Assembly (NCBI GenBank): GCA_951406725.2
Contig: OX597825.1
Coordinates: 52,762,001 to 52,826,000, forward strand
DNA: 64,000 nucleotides
Direction: 5' to 3'
Origin: Octopus vulgaris
Taxonomy: Eukaryota
The notes below the pieces were generated by a model, which saw only the letters and a list, made by a program, of their open reading frames with translations, was not told where the DNA came from and did not search any database. Within the stretch, counting starts at the first letter, position 1; each line of letters begins with the position of its first letter. Positions 51,881-63,667 of the stretch are shown here, piece by piece. The translations under genes were made by a program, and so were the position numbers.

Positions 51881-52776
51881 GAAACTACACACACTATACC
51901 GACACACTCACACATCAGGTACATACACACATATATACACCAGGGAACGGATTTTACCAAAACACAAACGCTCATATAAACACACAAATTCACTTGCACA
52001 GCACACTCACACGCTCACGCATGTGTTGCAGATGCACATTTGCAGACACACGCACAGCAGATATGCTCGCACACGTACCAGATTAACACATCCATATATC
52101 AGAAATACACGCGCACACTCCAGTAAACTGATCCCGTCTCCCTAGACAACGTATCGCTTGTAACATCCTGTCCTATCACTCGAGCTCAGGAATTCTGAAT
52201 GGTTTCTAATATCGCTATCAAATTGACAACTCCATGTGACCTGCGTTGATAGACTCAGTACCCAGAACCAATCTTGCTCTCCCTTTAAATCGCTTTCTGT
52301 GCCTGAAGAGCAAGGTTCGTTTGACTAGCCTATGAAATTTGAAGCTGCATGGAGCTGAATCAAACTATTAATAAATACCATACACACACATGTCTGTCTG
52401 TCTGTCTATGTATATATGTGTGTATGTGTATGGTACTCACTGTGTTAATGCTACTGAAGCTATCTTACAAAAAACAATTATGCTTAGGAATGATATTGAA
52501 TAAAACCATTTCCATCTTCTTAACATTATATTACGTAATTCTATTCATGAATATATATTTAGTTTTGAGCTGAAATATGAATAATTGTGTATAAGAATTC
52601 AAATTTATCTTTGTGCTGAAACCTAAATAATTTTGTATATAAATACACATTTATCATTGATTTAAAATTTAAATAATCCTCTCTTTATGAATATGTATTT
52701 CTTACAACTCTAAAATTTCAATAACTCTTCATGTCACTATATATATATAACCTTGATTTTTTTACTGTGTGCATAA

Positions 52777-52820
<44 letters not shown>

Positions 52821-53616
52821 ATAGATAGTCGTACACACAATATTGTGTGTATACGTGCGTGTATGTATGGTATAAAAAATATAAAAGTACGTGCAATACA
52901 TATATACATAGATATAGGTATACATAAACACACACGCGCTCACACACATGTCTACACACATACACACACATACACACGCACATACAAATATCGTTGCGAA
53001 TTTGATGAACAAAAACAAAGTCATAGAAAAACTAACAGAAAAGTGTTAGGGAAAATGTTAAAAGTTTGATTAGAAAAAGAAAGGCAAATATAAGGGGGAA
53101 ATATTAAAGTTCTTTTAAATATCATATATCAGTAAGGGTTAGAGATTTCAGTTAATAAGGGAGTTAAAATATTAAAAAAAAAAGTCAAGTAGTGTTGACA
53201 CGCTATCTTAAAAGCAGATTCTTAAAAGTGATATAGGGTCTTTCAGAGAAGGTACGAAGATGATCGATGAAAACGTGTGTAACATTGACACGTCTGTTTT
53301 GACACGCAACAAATACTTAATTTACATTTTTGCATGAAAATAAAGGGATAAATACAAGGATTTAAATGACAGCAGATTCCCTTTTAACTTAAAACATTTA
53401 CAGTTGTTGTCCTTGATTTCGGAAACCTTTGATCAAAATTTAGGAGGATTTTGTGTATGTGCCTGAGCATGCATAACACCTCAGCTGTATTTCATCAAAT
53501 AACTACGCGGTTGGCATTGTTAAATGAGCAATTAAACTGGGACAATGTGTGTAATTTGTGTTCTACTCTTTCCACTTATAGCATACGTATTTATTAACCC
53601 ATAGTAATGATTCATA

Positions 53617-53920
53617 GGAGGCGCAATGACCCAGTCGTTAGGGCAGCAGACTTGCGGTCGGAGGGTCGCGGTTTCGATTCCCAGACCGGGCGTTGTGTGT
53701 GTTTATTGAGCGAAAACATCTAAAGCTCCACGAAGCTCCGGCAGGGGGTAGTGACGACCCCTGTTGTACTCTTTCGCCCCAACTTTTTCTCACTCTCTCT
53801 TCCTGGTTCTTGAGTAACGCTGCGATGGACTGGCGTCCCGCCCAGCTGGGGGGAACACATACGCCACAGAAACCGGGAAAACGGGCCGATGAGCCTGGCT
53901 ATGTTTGAAAAGGGAGCATG
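53617..53920 (+). mobile_element. tRNA-derived SINE (head A + tail X)
   Basis: ggaggcgcaatgacccagtcgttagg..ggtttcgattccc head; gctgcgatggactggcgtccc tail. Confidence 0.8.
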
Positions 53921-53999
53921 AAAAAATGGAACAGATAAACTTTGCTGCTGTGAATAAAAAAATCTGACTGGCAAATATTTAAGGAACTAAAATGTTGTG

Positions 54000-55280
54000 T
54001 GAGTAAACTTGTTCTAAATAAAGTCGGCAATTCAGAAAATCGACATTGAAGTAAAATTCACTTTTAGAGAGGAATATCTAAAACATATCAAGACTCGTCA
54101 TGTTATTAGATATTGGAGAAGGACAGCTGACTGTCAGACAAGCAACGTCAAAATATAGAGCAACATTTGGAAAAATTTTGATTGTAATCTCAGCGACGAT
54201 TGATGAAGCAATGATTTATCTGAAGTGTTAGCCAACAACATTTTAAGCCAGAAATTAAGAACAAAATACAATAAGATTCAGGCTTAATAAGGAAGATTAA
54301 CTGTTTTCGCACATGCTAATGCTTCAATCAGCATAAAATGAAACATTTAGTGACCGGAAAAGGTAAATACTCAAAGACTTCTAACAGTCCTTTCCCTGTG
54401 ATCTACGAACCCCAGATTTTTGGATGGGTAAAGATGTATTTCGTGATTGGTTTGTCCATTAGTATGCCTATTTGTTCGTCAGGGCTTAAAGAAAATGAAG
54501 AAACCAGAAAATATAATGTACTTGTTAATTCTCAACACCTGAAGGGCCCACTAGCATGAATTAAATTTCGTATCTGATAACAGGAATATTTGTGAGGGTA
54601 ACTTGTCAAACGTAGCACCATTGGTTCAATATGTGGATCAAAGAATTATTTCGAACTTTAAATGTCACTATAAAATGATTTTATGACGAAGACGGCGAAT
54701 AAAAATGTCAACTCTACAGAATTTCAATACAATTTTATGATTAAAGATCCAATATTTTCATTCGTGGCTGCATAGAACCTAGTCAAGCATGAACCATTTT
54801 TAAGAGCGTGGCGAAAGTTATGGCTGAACGTGATGTTTGCAGATCTAGAGTGTGATCAAGACAAAAGTTTTGTAGGATTTCACATAAATCAGAGGGCAAC
54901 TGAAGTGCAAGAACTCATGGAAACTGTTAAAGTATCTTTGAAAGATAATCTTTCATACAAACTTAATGTTACTAACATAGAAGAGTAGATACGCACGAAA
55001 GATAACATTGAAGTCGTATCCACTTCTAATGATCAAAAAACCATTTACTGATAGTTAAAAGAGAATTATTCAGAAGAAGATGGCGAAGAAGACGACAGAG
55101 ATCAAGAAATGATATCCTCTGGAATCTTGCAGAAAAGTGTATTGAAATGGTGATTAAATTTGTGGAACAGAAGCAAATCTTCAGCCATCGTGACGTCATG
55201 CATGCCTGCTTTGTGCAGAATAAGGCTATCGTAAAGACAATAACAAAATTGCAAACAAGGTGATAAACGAAAGTATTTCA
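54000..55280 (+). pseudogene. pogo/Tigger (jerky-like DDE_1) transposase relic
   Basis: RLTVFAHANAS..KMKHLVTGK, PVIYEPQ, FRDWF, NVAPLVQYVDQRIISNFKCHYK, AWRKLW. Confidence 0.8.
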
Positions 55281-55969
55281 AGAAGGCAATAAAGTGTCAA
55301 GAAGCGCTGCAGTAGAAACTGCAAGTACCATCTAGATGCAGTGCAGCTGATGTAGTCGAAATTACAACGTCTTTCCATCTATAAGCAGTGCAGCAGACGA
55401 TACAGAAGCAGGAGAAATGAGCGAATAAATTTTTATTTGTTGCTCTGTATTTGTATTTTATATAAAAATATTTCATGAATGAACTAAAAATAAATAATCA
55501 GGGTTTTTAAAAATAACTTTTGCTCCTATTTGTTTTCTGCTTCTTTTTTCTCCTTAATTTCCCCTAAGTTTTCAAATTTTAAATATGATTTCAGGCTTTG
55601 ATTAATTTTTTTTTTTATCGTGAAAAATTTACATTTTTTGTCAAGTGTTGATTTAATTTTAAAACGTCTCGCTAAACGACTGGTTCTGTATTTAATGACA
55701 AATAAACTACGAAAATATTGTTGTTTATCTATTCTTTGCTCTCCCTTAAATTAGAATTTTAAAAGTATTGCCCGGGTAAACCCCAAAACTCAGGAAATCT
55801 GGATCTACTCAATCCCGAGGAATTTGAATTTTCGGACTTCTATTGTAGTCGATGTGTACGCACACAGACGCAAGCAGACATGTACATGCCATAAAATAGA
55901 CGTACACACATCCATATACAGATACTCGTACATACCTAAAAGATAGAAAAACACCCGCATACACACACA

Positions 55970-56843
55970 TTCGTGGTCTGCGCAATAAGTATCCGGACTG
56001 TGCCCTAGTAACGAAGCTAAAGCACGTAGAGTGAAAGCGCTTGGCACAGATTGACCTTGAACTCTGCTGTGCATGTGCACTAAGTTTTAACGTTCTGCCG
56101 CTCGTCTACTGTTTACAGCAGTGCTTGGAAGTAATGTGTGTAATGAGTGTTCGTCGCACTGACTATGACAGAAAAGTTCAGCAGAAAATCAACATCAAAT
56201 TTTGCCAAGAGCTTGGTAATACCTGGTCAGAGGCCCAAGCAAAGTTTTAAAAAAGTTTTCATCGTTCTCGACAAAATCAAGGAGACTTTGTGTAACTGAA
56301 ACGCCAGTGTCAATTTGGTCAGCTGAAAGCAGTTGTGGCACAAACTTGGCAGACACGTGTCTCATACCCAAATCTGGGGTAAAAGGCTGAACTGAACGGC
56401 AACTAATCTACACATCCTCTGATAACTCATGGATGGTGGTGATTTGCCGATTTCCTTTCACATCTGCAATGCTTTTCTCAGTTCTGTTGGTTGCAGGTCT
56501 CCCAGAACGTTCGTCAATATTGACATGTTTTCGGCCATCTTGGAAATGTCTGAACCACTTGTACGCGTGTGTGTGGTTCATACATTTCTCTCCATACACT
56601 TTCTTCAACTTTGTGTGGGTCTCTGAGTAGGTATTGTCACGACAGCTTTTTGTGTCATGGTCAATGCGACGATCACACGCTACACACTTTACTTCGAAAC
56701 ATTGTTGTAAACAGCAGGACCTTAAAACTTAGCGCACATGCACAGCAGAGGTCAAGGTCAATCTGTGCCAAGCGGCTTTACTCTGCAAGCTTTAGCTTCA
56801 TCACAATGGCAACAGTCCGGATACTTATTGATCAAACCTCGTA
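55970..56843. mobile_element. mariner derivative made of two inverted 5' ends
   Basis: ~280-bp diverged inverted arms (aataagtatccggactg..); minus ORF 56408-56608 VYGE..YKWFRHFQDGR..DERSGRP is the mariner HTH. Confidence 0.8.
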
Positions 56844-56892
56844 TATGAAAGACACGCACAGGAACATGAGAAACAGCCTCTACTGCTACAGT

Positions 56893-57040
56893 TCTATATT
56901 TAAGAGATGAGGAATTATGTACATTATTTACATTATTTACATTTGACGGATATTTGTCCTCATCTTGTTTGTTGCTAACACGATGTGGTTAAGAGCGCGG
57001 ACTCTAACCTCAAGATTCCGAGTTCGATTCCAGGCAGTGA

Positions 57041-57104
<64 letters not shown>

Positions 57105-57254
57105 TAACAACATCGAAAAATACCTTAGGAATGAGGACCCAAGTTTGAAATTTCCCCCAAGACACCTGATGAAGGCTGGAGGGTATATCAGCCGAAACGT
57201 TGTGTTAACAACAAACAAGATGAGGACAAACATCCGTCAAATGTAAATAATGTA
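56893..57254 (+). mobile_element. tRNA-headed, HHR-containing SINE-like element with 53-bp inverted duplication
   Basis: A/B-box head 56985-57031, (AAT)n, HHR, inverted repeats 56929-56981 and 57202-57254. Confidence 0.75.
57161..57206 (+). ncRNA. Minimal hammerhead ribozyme
   Basis: gacac CTGATGA a ggctg gagggtatat cagcc GAAAC GTT gtgtt. Confidence 0.8.
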
Positions 57255-57660
57255 GAGTCTACTGCTGTTCCCATGGTATCTGAGATAAATTTAATATACT
57301 TACACCTACAGAGCGAATAATCTTGCTGTGAAAACATAAACTGAAACAAACACCTTTTATTATTCACTTCGTCCAAAGGAAATGGTTGGAATTGTGTTTA
57401 CGTGTTCTACGACTTATTAGTCATTCATCAGATGGTGTGTACCCTTTCTCTTAGTCCTAGTAAAATAACCAGTCGAGTTTGCATAATGTGTGATATTTAT
57501 GTACAACAATGTCTATGAGAAAATCTATGATAAATTTATCTGTGTCTGTATAGTTCAAATAATTTTGAAGAACGTAGCTTCATCCCTCGTTACCAATACA
57601 GCCCCAACAACAACGTTAGCAGCAGGGAAACCACAGACCAGCCCCAGCAAACCAACTTAC

Positions 57661-57920
57661 CCTGAGAAGGTGTTGTGGACAACACGTCTTACAGAATGTA
57701 CTTCGTCACCCGGCTTCATATTGACTGACCCTTGCTTACTTTTCAATGTCGTGACGTATTACTTCATATCCAATGCGACTTACACACCGAACTCTCACTT
57801 CTTTCTCTTGCCAACAAGTTATTACAGAGAACTTGCAAAATGTTGTAACAATCTAACATTGCTGCAACTGGTGATGTTTCTTAGCAGAGGTAGTGTCCAT
57901 TACTTGACTACTTCTCTCAA
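57661..57920 (-). CDS. Candidate host-gene exon with ATG at 57719 (MKPGDEVHSVRRVVHNTFSG-)
   Basis: Acceptor ctttctttcaacgttcag; consensus donor GG|gtaagt; non-repetitive, CpG-containing sequence. Confidence 0.45.
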
Positions 57921-58059
57921 CTGAACGTTGAAAGAAAGCCAAGAATGACCCGTCTTTTTTTTGCCAGTCCTTCTAATTGTTGTTTCTCTTGTCCGCCTAT
58001 GTATCGTCTATCTGTCCGAACATTTTAATACTCTCTATTGCGTTTTTGTTCCATTTATA

Positions 58060-58335
58060 TATATATATACACACACACTCACAAAGCATAGACACACAGG
58101 GATATACAAATGCGGAAATAAAGACACATACAACAGGAATACAAAATGGTAGATTGTTAGGAAGGAGAAACACATACACACACAAAAAAAAAAAGAAAGC
58201 AAAGGACCACTGATAAGATCACAGATGTGTGATGAAAGAACTCTGGCCGAAATGGAATTAATATGAAATAGAGCTGAGCAAGTGAACACCAAATATATAG
58301 TGCGAGTGTTTTCATTGGCTAAACTGGCAATACGA
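58060..58335 (+). mobile_element. Diverged solo copy of the 60662-62118 pseudo-LTR family with HHR (58204-58248)
   Basis: ggacca CTGATAA g atcac..gtgat GAAAG aa CTC tggcc; collinear with 61840-62100. Confidence 0.7.
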
Positions 58336-58573
58336 CCACCCACAAATACAATATATATCCAGAAGTTAAGGAATGGAGTAGATAAAATTTGGGCTGCATC
58401 TATTTCATAGTGAGCGGAAACTCGGAAGTAGTAAATATCCAAGCGAGGTGTATACCACAGGCTACTCTTCAGGCTAAGGGTATCTTGATCATATGAAGTT
58501 TACTTTGTCATTAGGAGGCCCATGTTAACACAGTAGCTAGAACTTCTCTCCTTCATAACATTATTTTCATTGT

Positions 58574-58828
58574 GGAGGCGCGTGGCTTAGTGGTTAGGGT
58601 GTCAGCACCATGATCATAAGATTGTGGTTTCGATTCCTGGACCGGGCGACGCGTTGTGTACTTGAGCAAAACACTTCATTTCACGCCACTCCAGTCCACT
58701 CACCTGGCAAAATTGAGTAACGCTGCGATGAACTGGCGACCGTCCAGCAGGGGAACACATACGCCATAGAAATTGGGAAACCGGATCCATGAGCCTGGCT
58801 AGGATTTAAAAGGGCGTATTTATTTATT
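58574..58828 (+). mobile_element. tRNA-derived SINE (head B + tail X)
   Basis: ggaggcgcgtggcttagtggttagg..ggtttcgattcc head; shares tail with 53617-53920. Confidence 0.8.
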
Positions 58829-59092
58829 GGTTACGACGGAACAGCCTGCTCGTGAAATTAACGTGCAAGTGACTGAGCACTCTACAGAGTGTACCCTTAA
58901 CGTAGTTCAGTGGGGAGATTCAGAGTGGCACAGTGAGTGACAGAAACAGGAAGAACGCGCAAGAGAAAGTTGTGGTGAAAGAATACAGCAGGGTTCACCA
59001 CCACCCCCTGCTGGAGCATCGTGGTGATTTAGGTGTTGTCGTTTGATAAACACTCACAACACCTAGTCAGGGAATCGAAACCGCGATCCAAC
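58829..59092 (-). mobile_element. tRNA-derived SINE (head A + tail Y)
   Basis: Reverse complement shares the head of 53617; tail cacgttaatttcacgagcaggctgttcc. Confidence 0.7.
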
Positions 59093-59093
59093 G

Positions 59094-59360
59094 TGAGTGG
59101 ATTTGGTAGACGGAAACTGAAAGAAGCCTGTCGTATATATGTATATATATATATATGTGTGTGTGTTTGTCCCCCTAGCATTGCTTGACAACCGATGCTG
59201 GTGTGTTTACGTCCCCGTCATTTAGCGGTTCGGCAAAAAGAGACCGATAGAATAAGTACTGGGCTTACAAAGAATAAGTCCCGGGGTCGATTTGCTCGAC
59301 TAAAGGCGGTGCTCCAGCATGGCCGCAGTCAAATGACTGAAACAAGTAAAAGATAAAAGA
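59094..59360 (+). mobile_element. 5'-truncated SINE of the 26740 family
   Basis: gtgagtggatttggtagacggaaactg..aaatgactgaaacaagtaaaaga. Confidence 0.85.
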
Positions 59361-60222
59361 TATATATATATATATATATATATACAAAATGAGAAAATGG
59401 AGAAACATACCTAAATCAATCATCAACCATCAGATAATACCCAATCAATACTTTATTAAACCATTACACAACAGCAATGACATTATACATAATATATTAC
59501 AAATATAACTAGACATAGAAATAGAAATAGAAAATACAATTACATCTTAGCATATATATATATATATATATACCTCTATCTGTCTATCTATCTATCAATA
59601 TAAACACACACACATATGCATATATATAGCTATATGTTTGTATACAAGTATACATTGTAATTTCCTGGAGATGCTGCCGTCTCTGCTCCTAGGAATCCCC
59701 GTCTATTCTGTGGACTAATGAGAAAATACTTAATAGAATTTCTGGGCGACTATCGAGATGCCTACATGCATATAAATGTACTTTCGCACAATGCCGTGAA
59801 AATAAATTTTGAGTAACCGTTAAGATATGGTAAATTAATTTACTTTAATGTATGGATGACTTAAGTTTACTTTTAAACTCCCTGTTCTTGTAAACTCCCA
59901 GTAACTCGTTTTGTGATCATAAGTACATCAAACATTGCGTGTGTGTATTCTCACATTTTTGCTGATGCTTGTATGAGCGTGTGTACTTGTGCCATGATTC
60001 TTGCTCGAGGGCGTTTATACATCCATATCTGTTAACGGTTATTTTCAATACTTTTTTCACTGGATTACGTGTTCGTTTCTCTTTTCGTCCTCTGCAATTT
60101 TATTTTTGATCTTCTATATATATATATATGAAGATTTTTCCTCCCTCTCGCTGTTTTACTCTCTACAAAACAGAAAGTTACATTGTGGAACAGTTATTTT
60201 AACGAGTTGTTTTTATTTATTT

Positions 60223-60326
60223 ATCCCCCGAGGAGATACATCTTCATCATCGGATGCTCCTGAACCAATTGCTTAGTGTCCCACAACAGGAATCGATGGT
60301 AGATGTGTTGAAACAATTCTCGGGAT
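60223..60326 (+). ncRNA. Hammerhead variant with long stem II
   Basis: atccc CCGAGGA gatacatct..agatgtgtt GAAAC aatt CTC gggat; one stem III mismatch. Confidence 0.6.
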
Positions 60327-60416
60327 TAAAAATAAATTTTCGTATATTCCATTTTGTCTTTCATTTATTATATCTATCTTTATATACATATATGTATGTA
60401 TGTATATCTATATCTA

Positions 60417-60485
<69 letters not shown>

Positions 60486-60545
60486 CACTTGACCGCTGGT
60501 GGCAGAAAATTTTTCTTGAATTTTTTGTTACCCTTATATTGATTG

Positions 60546-60595
<50 letters not shown>

Positions 60596-60634
60596 TCACA
60601 CACACAAACATATATATATATATACGTATATATG

Positions 60635-60661
<27 letters not shown>

Positions 60662-60665
<4 letters not shown>

Positions 60666-62118
60666 TGTTATATTTCGGAATGGTCATATTGCCAGTATAG
60701 CCAATAAAAACACACGCACTATATATTTGGTGTTATTTTGCTTCAGTGATATTTATTTTTTACATTAATCTTAATCTTATTTCGGCCAAAGTTCTTTCGT
60801 CACACTCCTGTGACCGCATCAGTGGTCCTTTGTTTTCTTCTCACTTACTTGTGTCTCTCCTTACTAACCGTCAGCCATTTTGTATTTCTATTGTATGTCT
60901 TCATTTGCGCATGCTTATATCTCTATGTGCGTCTATGTTTATTTAGTGTGTGTGTGGGGGGGATGCCTGTAATATTTGTATCTTCTGGTTATATACATTC
61001 TTGTAATTTGTATTTTGTTTTTGTTGTTGTTGCTTTTGTTCTAATTTTGTTCATGTGTTTACATCCACCCATTATTATCATTACATATGCTTGTATGTAT
61101 GTATGTATAACAACAATATTAGTAATAATAATAATAAATCTAATCGAAAAAAAAAAAAAAAAAAGAATATACATATACATATATATACATACATATACAT
61201 ATACATATATATATATATACATATATACACACATATATACACATATACATATACATATATATACACATACACATATATATAGATATTCATTTCTATTTCT
61301 TTAATTACCTGTGTATTTACTATGTTTGCAGGATCCACTATTGTCATATGTTGTGGTGTGCGCTATTGCTCCATTCTAGTTTTCTATTCAGGCTAGGTTT
61401 ATTTTCTATTATATGTGTAGCTTCTGTAATTTATCTAATTGTTGCATCTGTTCTATGTGTGGACAATATCTTAATCTCTATGTTATTGATTGATCCCCCG
61501 TGTTCTTGTTCGGCGTGTTGGTACAGAATCGATGTATATGTGTATATATGTGTGTATATATGTATATATATATATATGTATATGTATATGTATGTATATA
61601 TATGTATATGTATATTCTTTTTTTTTTTTTTTTTTCGATTAGATTTATTATTATTATTACTAATATTGTTGTTATACATACATACAAGCATATGTAATGA
61701 TAATAATGGGTGGATGTAAACACATGAACAAAATTAGAACAAAAGCAACAACAACAAAAACAAAATACAAATTACAAGAATGTATATAACCAGAAGATAC
61801 AAATATTACAGGCATCCCCCCCACACACACACTAAATAAACATAGACGCACATAGAGATATAAGCATGCGCAAATGAAGACATACAATAGAAATACAAAA
61901 TGGCTGACGGTTAGTAAGGAGAGACACAAGTAAGTGAGAAGAAAACAAAGGACCACTGATGCGGTCACAGGAGTGTGACGAAAGAACTTTGGCCGAAATA
62001 AGATTAAGATTAATGTAAAAAATAAATATCACTGAAGCAAAATAACACCAAATATATATAGTGCGTGTGTTTTTATTGGCTAAACTGGCAATATGACCAT
62101 TCCGAAATATAACAATAT
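60662..62118. mobile_element. PLE 3' fragment with inverted pseudo-LTR (arms 60662-61250 and 61532-62118)
   Basis: ~590-bp near-identical arms; minus-strand spacer encodes the GIY-YIG C-terminus SILYQHAEQEHGG..IKILSTHRTDATIR*ITEATHIIENKPSLNRKLEW; HHR motifs at 60784-60828 and 61950-61994. Confidence 0.85.
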
Positions 62119-62357
62119 CTGTTTCAACACACGACTTCACATAAAAAATCTTGCACAACAAATATTTAAACGTATATATATATATATATACCCATATATA
62201 AATATAGATGTATATACATATATGTCTGCTGCTTTTAAATAAAGCATATTACTCTACCTCTGGTATTTGAGTACTCTTTCGGGTCTCCTTGTTTCACATT
62301 TATGTGCTTATTCTGGTACATGTATATATATACATATATACATATATATATATATGC

Positions 62358-62404
<47 letters not shown>

Positions 62405-62597
62405 TACATACATATATACACATATATACATACATATATGTACACACACACACGCACATATATATATACATAGCTATCTATATATCTATCTATATATATA
62501 TATATATATAAAGTTAATCCAAACAAGAAAACACAGCAACGCGAGGACGTGGAACAATTAAAGTATTATTTGACGCTCAGGAAAGAAGGGAAGGAGG

Positions 62598-62632
62598 GTT
62601 TAACGTTTCGAGCGGAGCTCTTCGTCGGAAAC
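62598..62632 (-). ncRNA. Ultra-minimal hammerhead (CCGACGA core) in a PLE-type 3' end starting at ~62511
   Basis: gttt CCGACGA a gagc tcc gctc GAAAC GTT aaac. Confidence 0.7.
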
Positions 62633-63579
62633 AAGGAGAAGGAAAGATCGCAAGAAGGGAAGACAGAGGAAAAAAATACTTTTGCTGGTGGTGCTCAAGA
62701 GATCACATGTTGAAAGAACAGAAGTTGAGAGGTAGATGAATCATGATTTTTAAAAACAAGAGAGTTTCAAAGACAAGGAATGTGTGTGGGTGCGTGTGTG
62801 TGTGTGCAAGGATGACAAGTGTGTTTGTGCGTGCGCGGGTGTGTGTGTGTATGTATGGTGAATAATAGGCATAGCAAGCTAGCTGTCATAAAGGAGTGGC
62901 ACTTGTTGTATCCAGCCAGGTCAAAACCAGGTAAAAAAACAAAGGGGTATATATGTGTGCGTGTAAGTATATGTATCATGTGTGTGTTGTTTGTAGTGTG
63001 TGTGTGTGCATGTGTGTGTTCGTGTGTGTATGCGTAGAGTTTGGGTGTGTGGCGAGTAACTGTGCTTAACCTAGTGTATGTGTGCGTGTGTGCTTGTGCG
63101 TGCGTGTGTGTGTGTAGGGATGTATGTGTGGGTTCATTTGTGTGAGTGTGTATGTATGTATGTGTATGTGTGTGCGTGTATGTACATATACATACATACA
63201 TACACACATATAATTTAAAGGTTAATATGTAACTGTAAATACCTTGCAACGTTGCAACTGCTACGGTAATTATTAACTGGTAATTGAATGGTAAATGTGT
63301 AAAAGACGATGATCCTAGAATTAAAAGTGAAAGAATTAAAAATAAATAATTAAACGTGAAAAGATGAAAGTCAGCCTATTATATCACATTACAATATAGA
63401 TGTTATTGTTTTACTTTTGACATGTAATACCAAACCAGTTTAAGAGATTTCTCTGGGCCCATATTAGGCAAGAAGTTGAAACTTTTTTGGCCCATGACAC
63501 TCCATTACTCAAGTAATGCATGTATAAAATTTGAATGAAATCAGTTGGGTAGTTCTCGAGTGTCAGTGATGCACACATT

Positions 63580-63582
<3 letters not shown>

Positions 63583-63663
<81 letters not shown>
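63583..63663. repeat. (GA)n microsatellite
   Basis: Direct read. Confidence 0.98.

Positions 63664-63667
<4 letters not shown>

Noticed and set aside
53617-53690. tRNA gene (also 56985, 58574, 26740)
   Set aside because: A/B boxes present but no complete cloverleaf; each continues into a SINE body
57490-57924. 144-aa plus-strand ORF
   Set aside because: No recognisable domain and a non-ATG start; splice signals favour the minus strand
1381-63249. Dozens of YI/HT/CV-rich ORFs in the ORF track
   Set aside because: Translations of (TA)n, (CA)n and (TATG)n microsatellites, not genes
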